DNA from: Azolla caroliniana
Lineage: Eukaryota > Plantae > Polypodiophyta
Assembly (NCBI GenBank): GCA_043228905.1
Contig: JBHGNT010000020.1
Location: 13,206,001 to 13,270,000, forward strand
DNA: 64,000 bases
Direction: 5' to 3'
Under the pieces are notes generated by a model, which was not told the origin of the DNA, searched no databases, and worked only from the letters and a program-made list of their open reading frames with translations. Shown in pieces: positions 63,933-64,000 of the stretch; the first letter of the stretch is position 1; each line of letters begins with the position of its first letter. The position numbers and the translations under genes are program-made.

Positions 63933-64000
63933 TGTGGGGTTTGCTACGCCCTTGCGTGCAGAAAGGAGGAGGGACCACGGGGGTCTTGGACCGAAGAGCA
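63933..64000 (-). repeat. 5' LTR of the Gypsy element (U5 end only; truncated by the window)
   Basis: Identical to 57632-57699. Confidence 0.95.

Larger units (their letters stand above)
57632..64000 (-). mobile_element. Young Ty3/Gypsy LTR retrotransposon (no chromodomain seen, tRNA-Trp primed); 5' LTR runs off the window
   Basis: The 68-bp LTR-end sequence tgtggggtttgctacgccc...ccgaagagca is identical at 57632 and 63933. The PBS is adjacent. Domain order Gag-PR-RT-RH-IN. ORFs are uninterrupted, GC-rich and CpG-rich. Confidence 0.96.

Overview
Eukaryotic nuclear DNA from a land plant. The transposon types suggest a non-seed plant such as a fern, but that is inference. Three intron-rich genes lie on the minus strand, with exon chains reconstructed by hand. 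(1) The 5' part of a DHHC protein S-acyltransferase (PAT22-like) runs off the left edge and has a GC-AG first intron. (2) A complete 19-exon BAR-PH-ArfGAP-ANK ARF-GAP (AGD1/AGD3-VAN3 class, 832 aa). (3) A complete 6-exon AroQ chorismate mutase (282 aa) with no obvious transit peptide. Mobile DNA includes a young, GC-rich Ty3/Gypsy element at the right edge: it has a tRNA-Trp PBS, a Gag-protease ORF, and an RT-RH-IN ORF reachable by a -1 slip at G_GAU_UUU. There is also a deleted Copia element with TSD in CM intron 1, a Mutator MITE in the CM promoter, hAT MITEs and several LINE fragments. Other relics are an intronless Cullin-1 fragment and a decayed mitochondrial-type tRNA-Gly. Most long introns carry local tandem duplications of 60-255 bp, several of which copy the neighbouring splice site. 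No database searches were possible, so all family assignments come from motif recognition.
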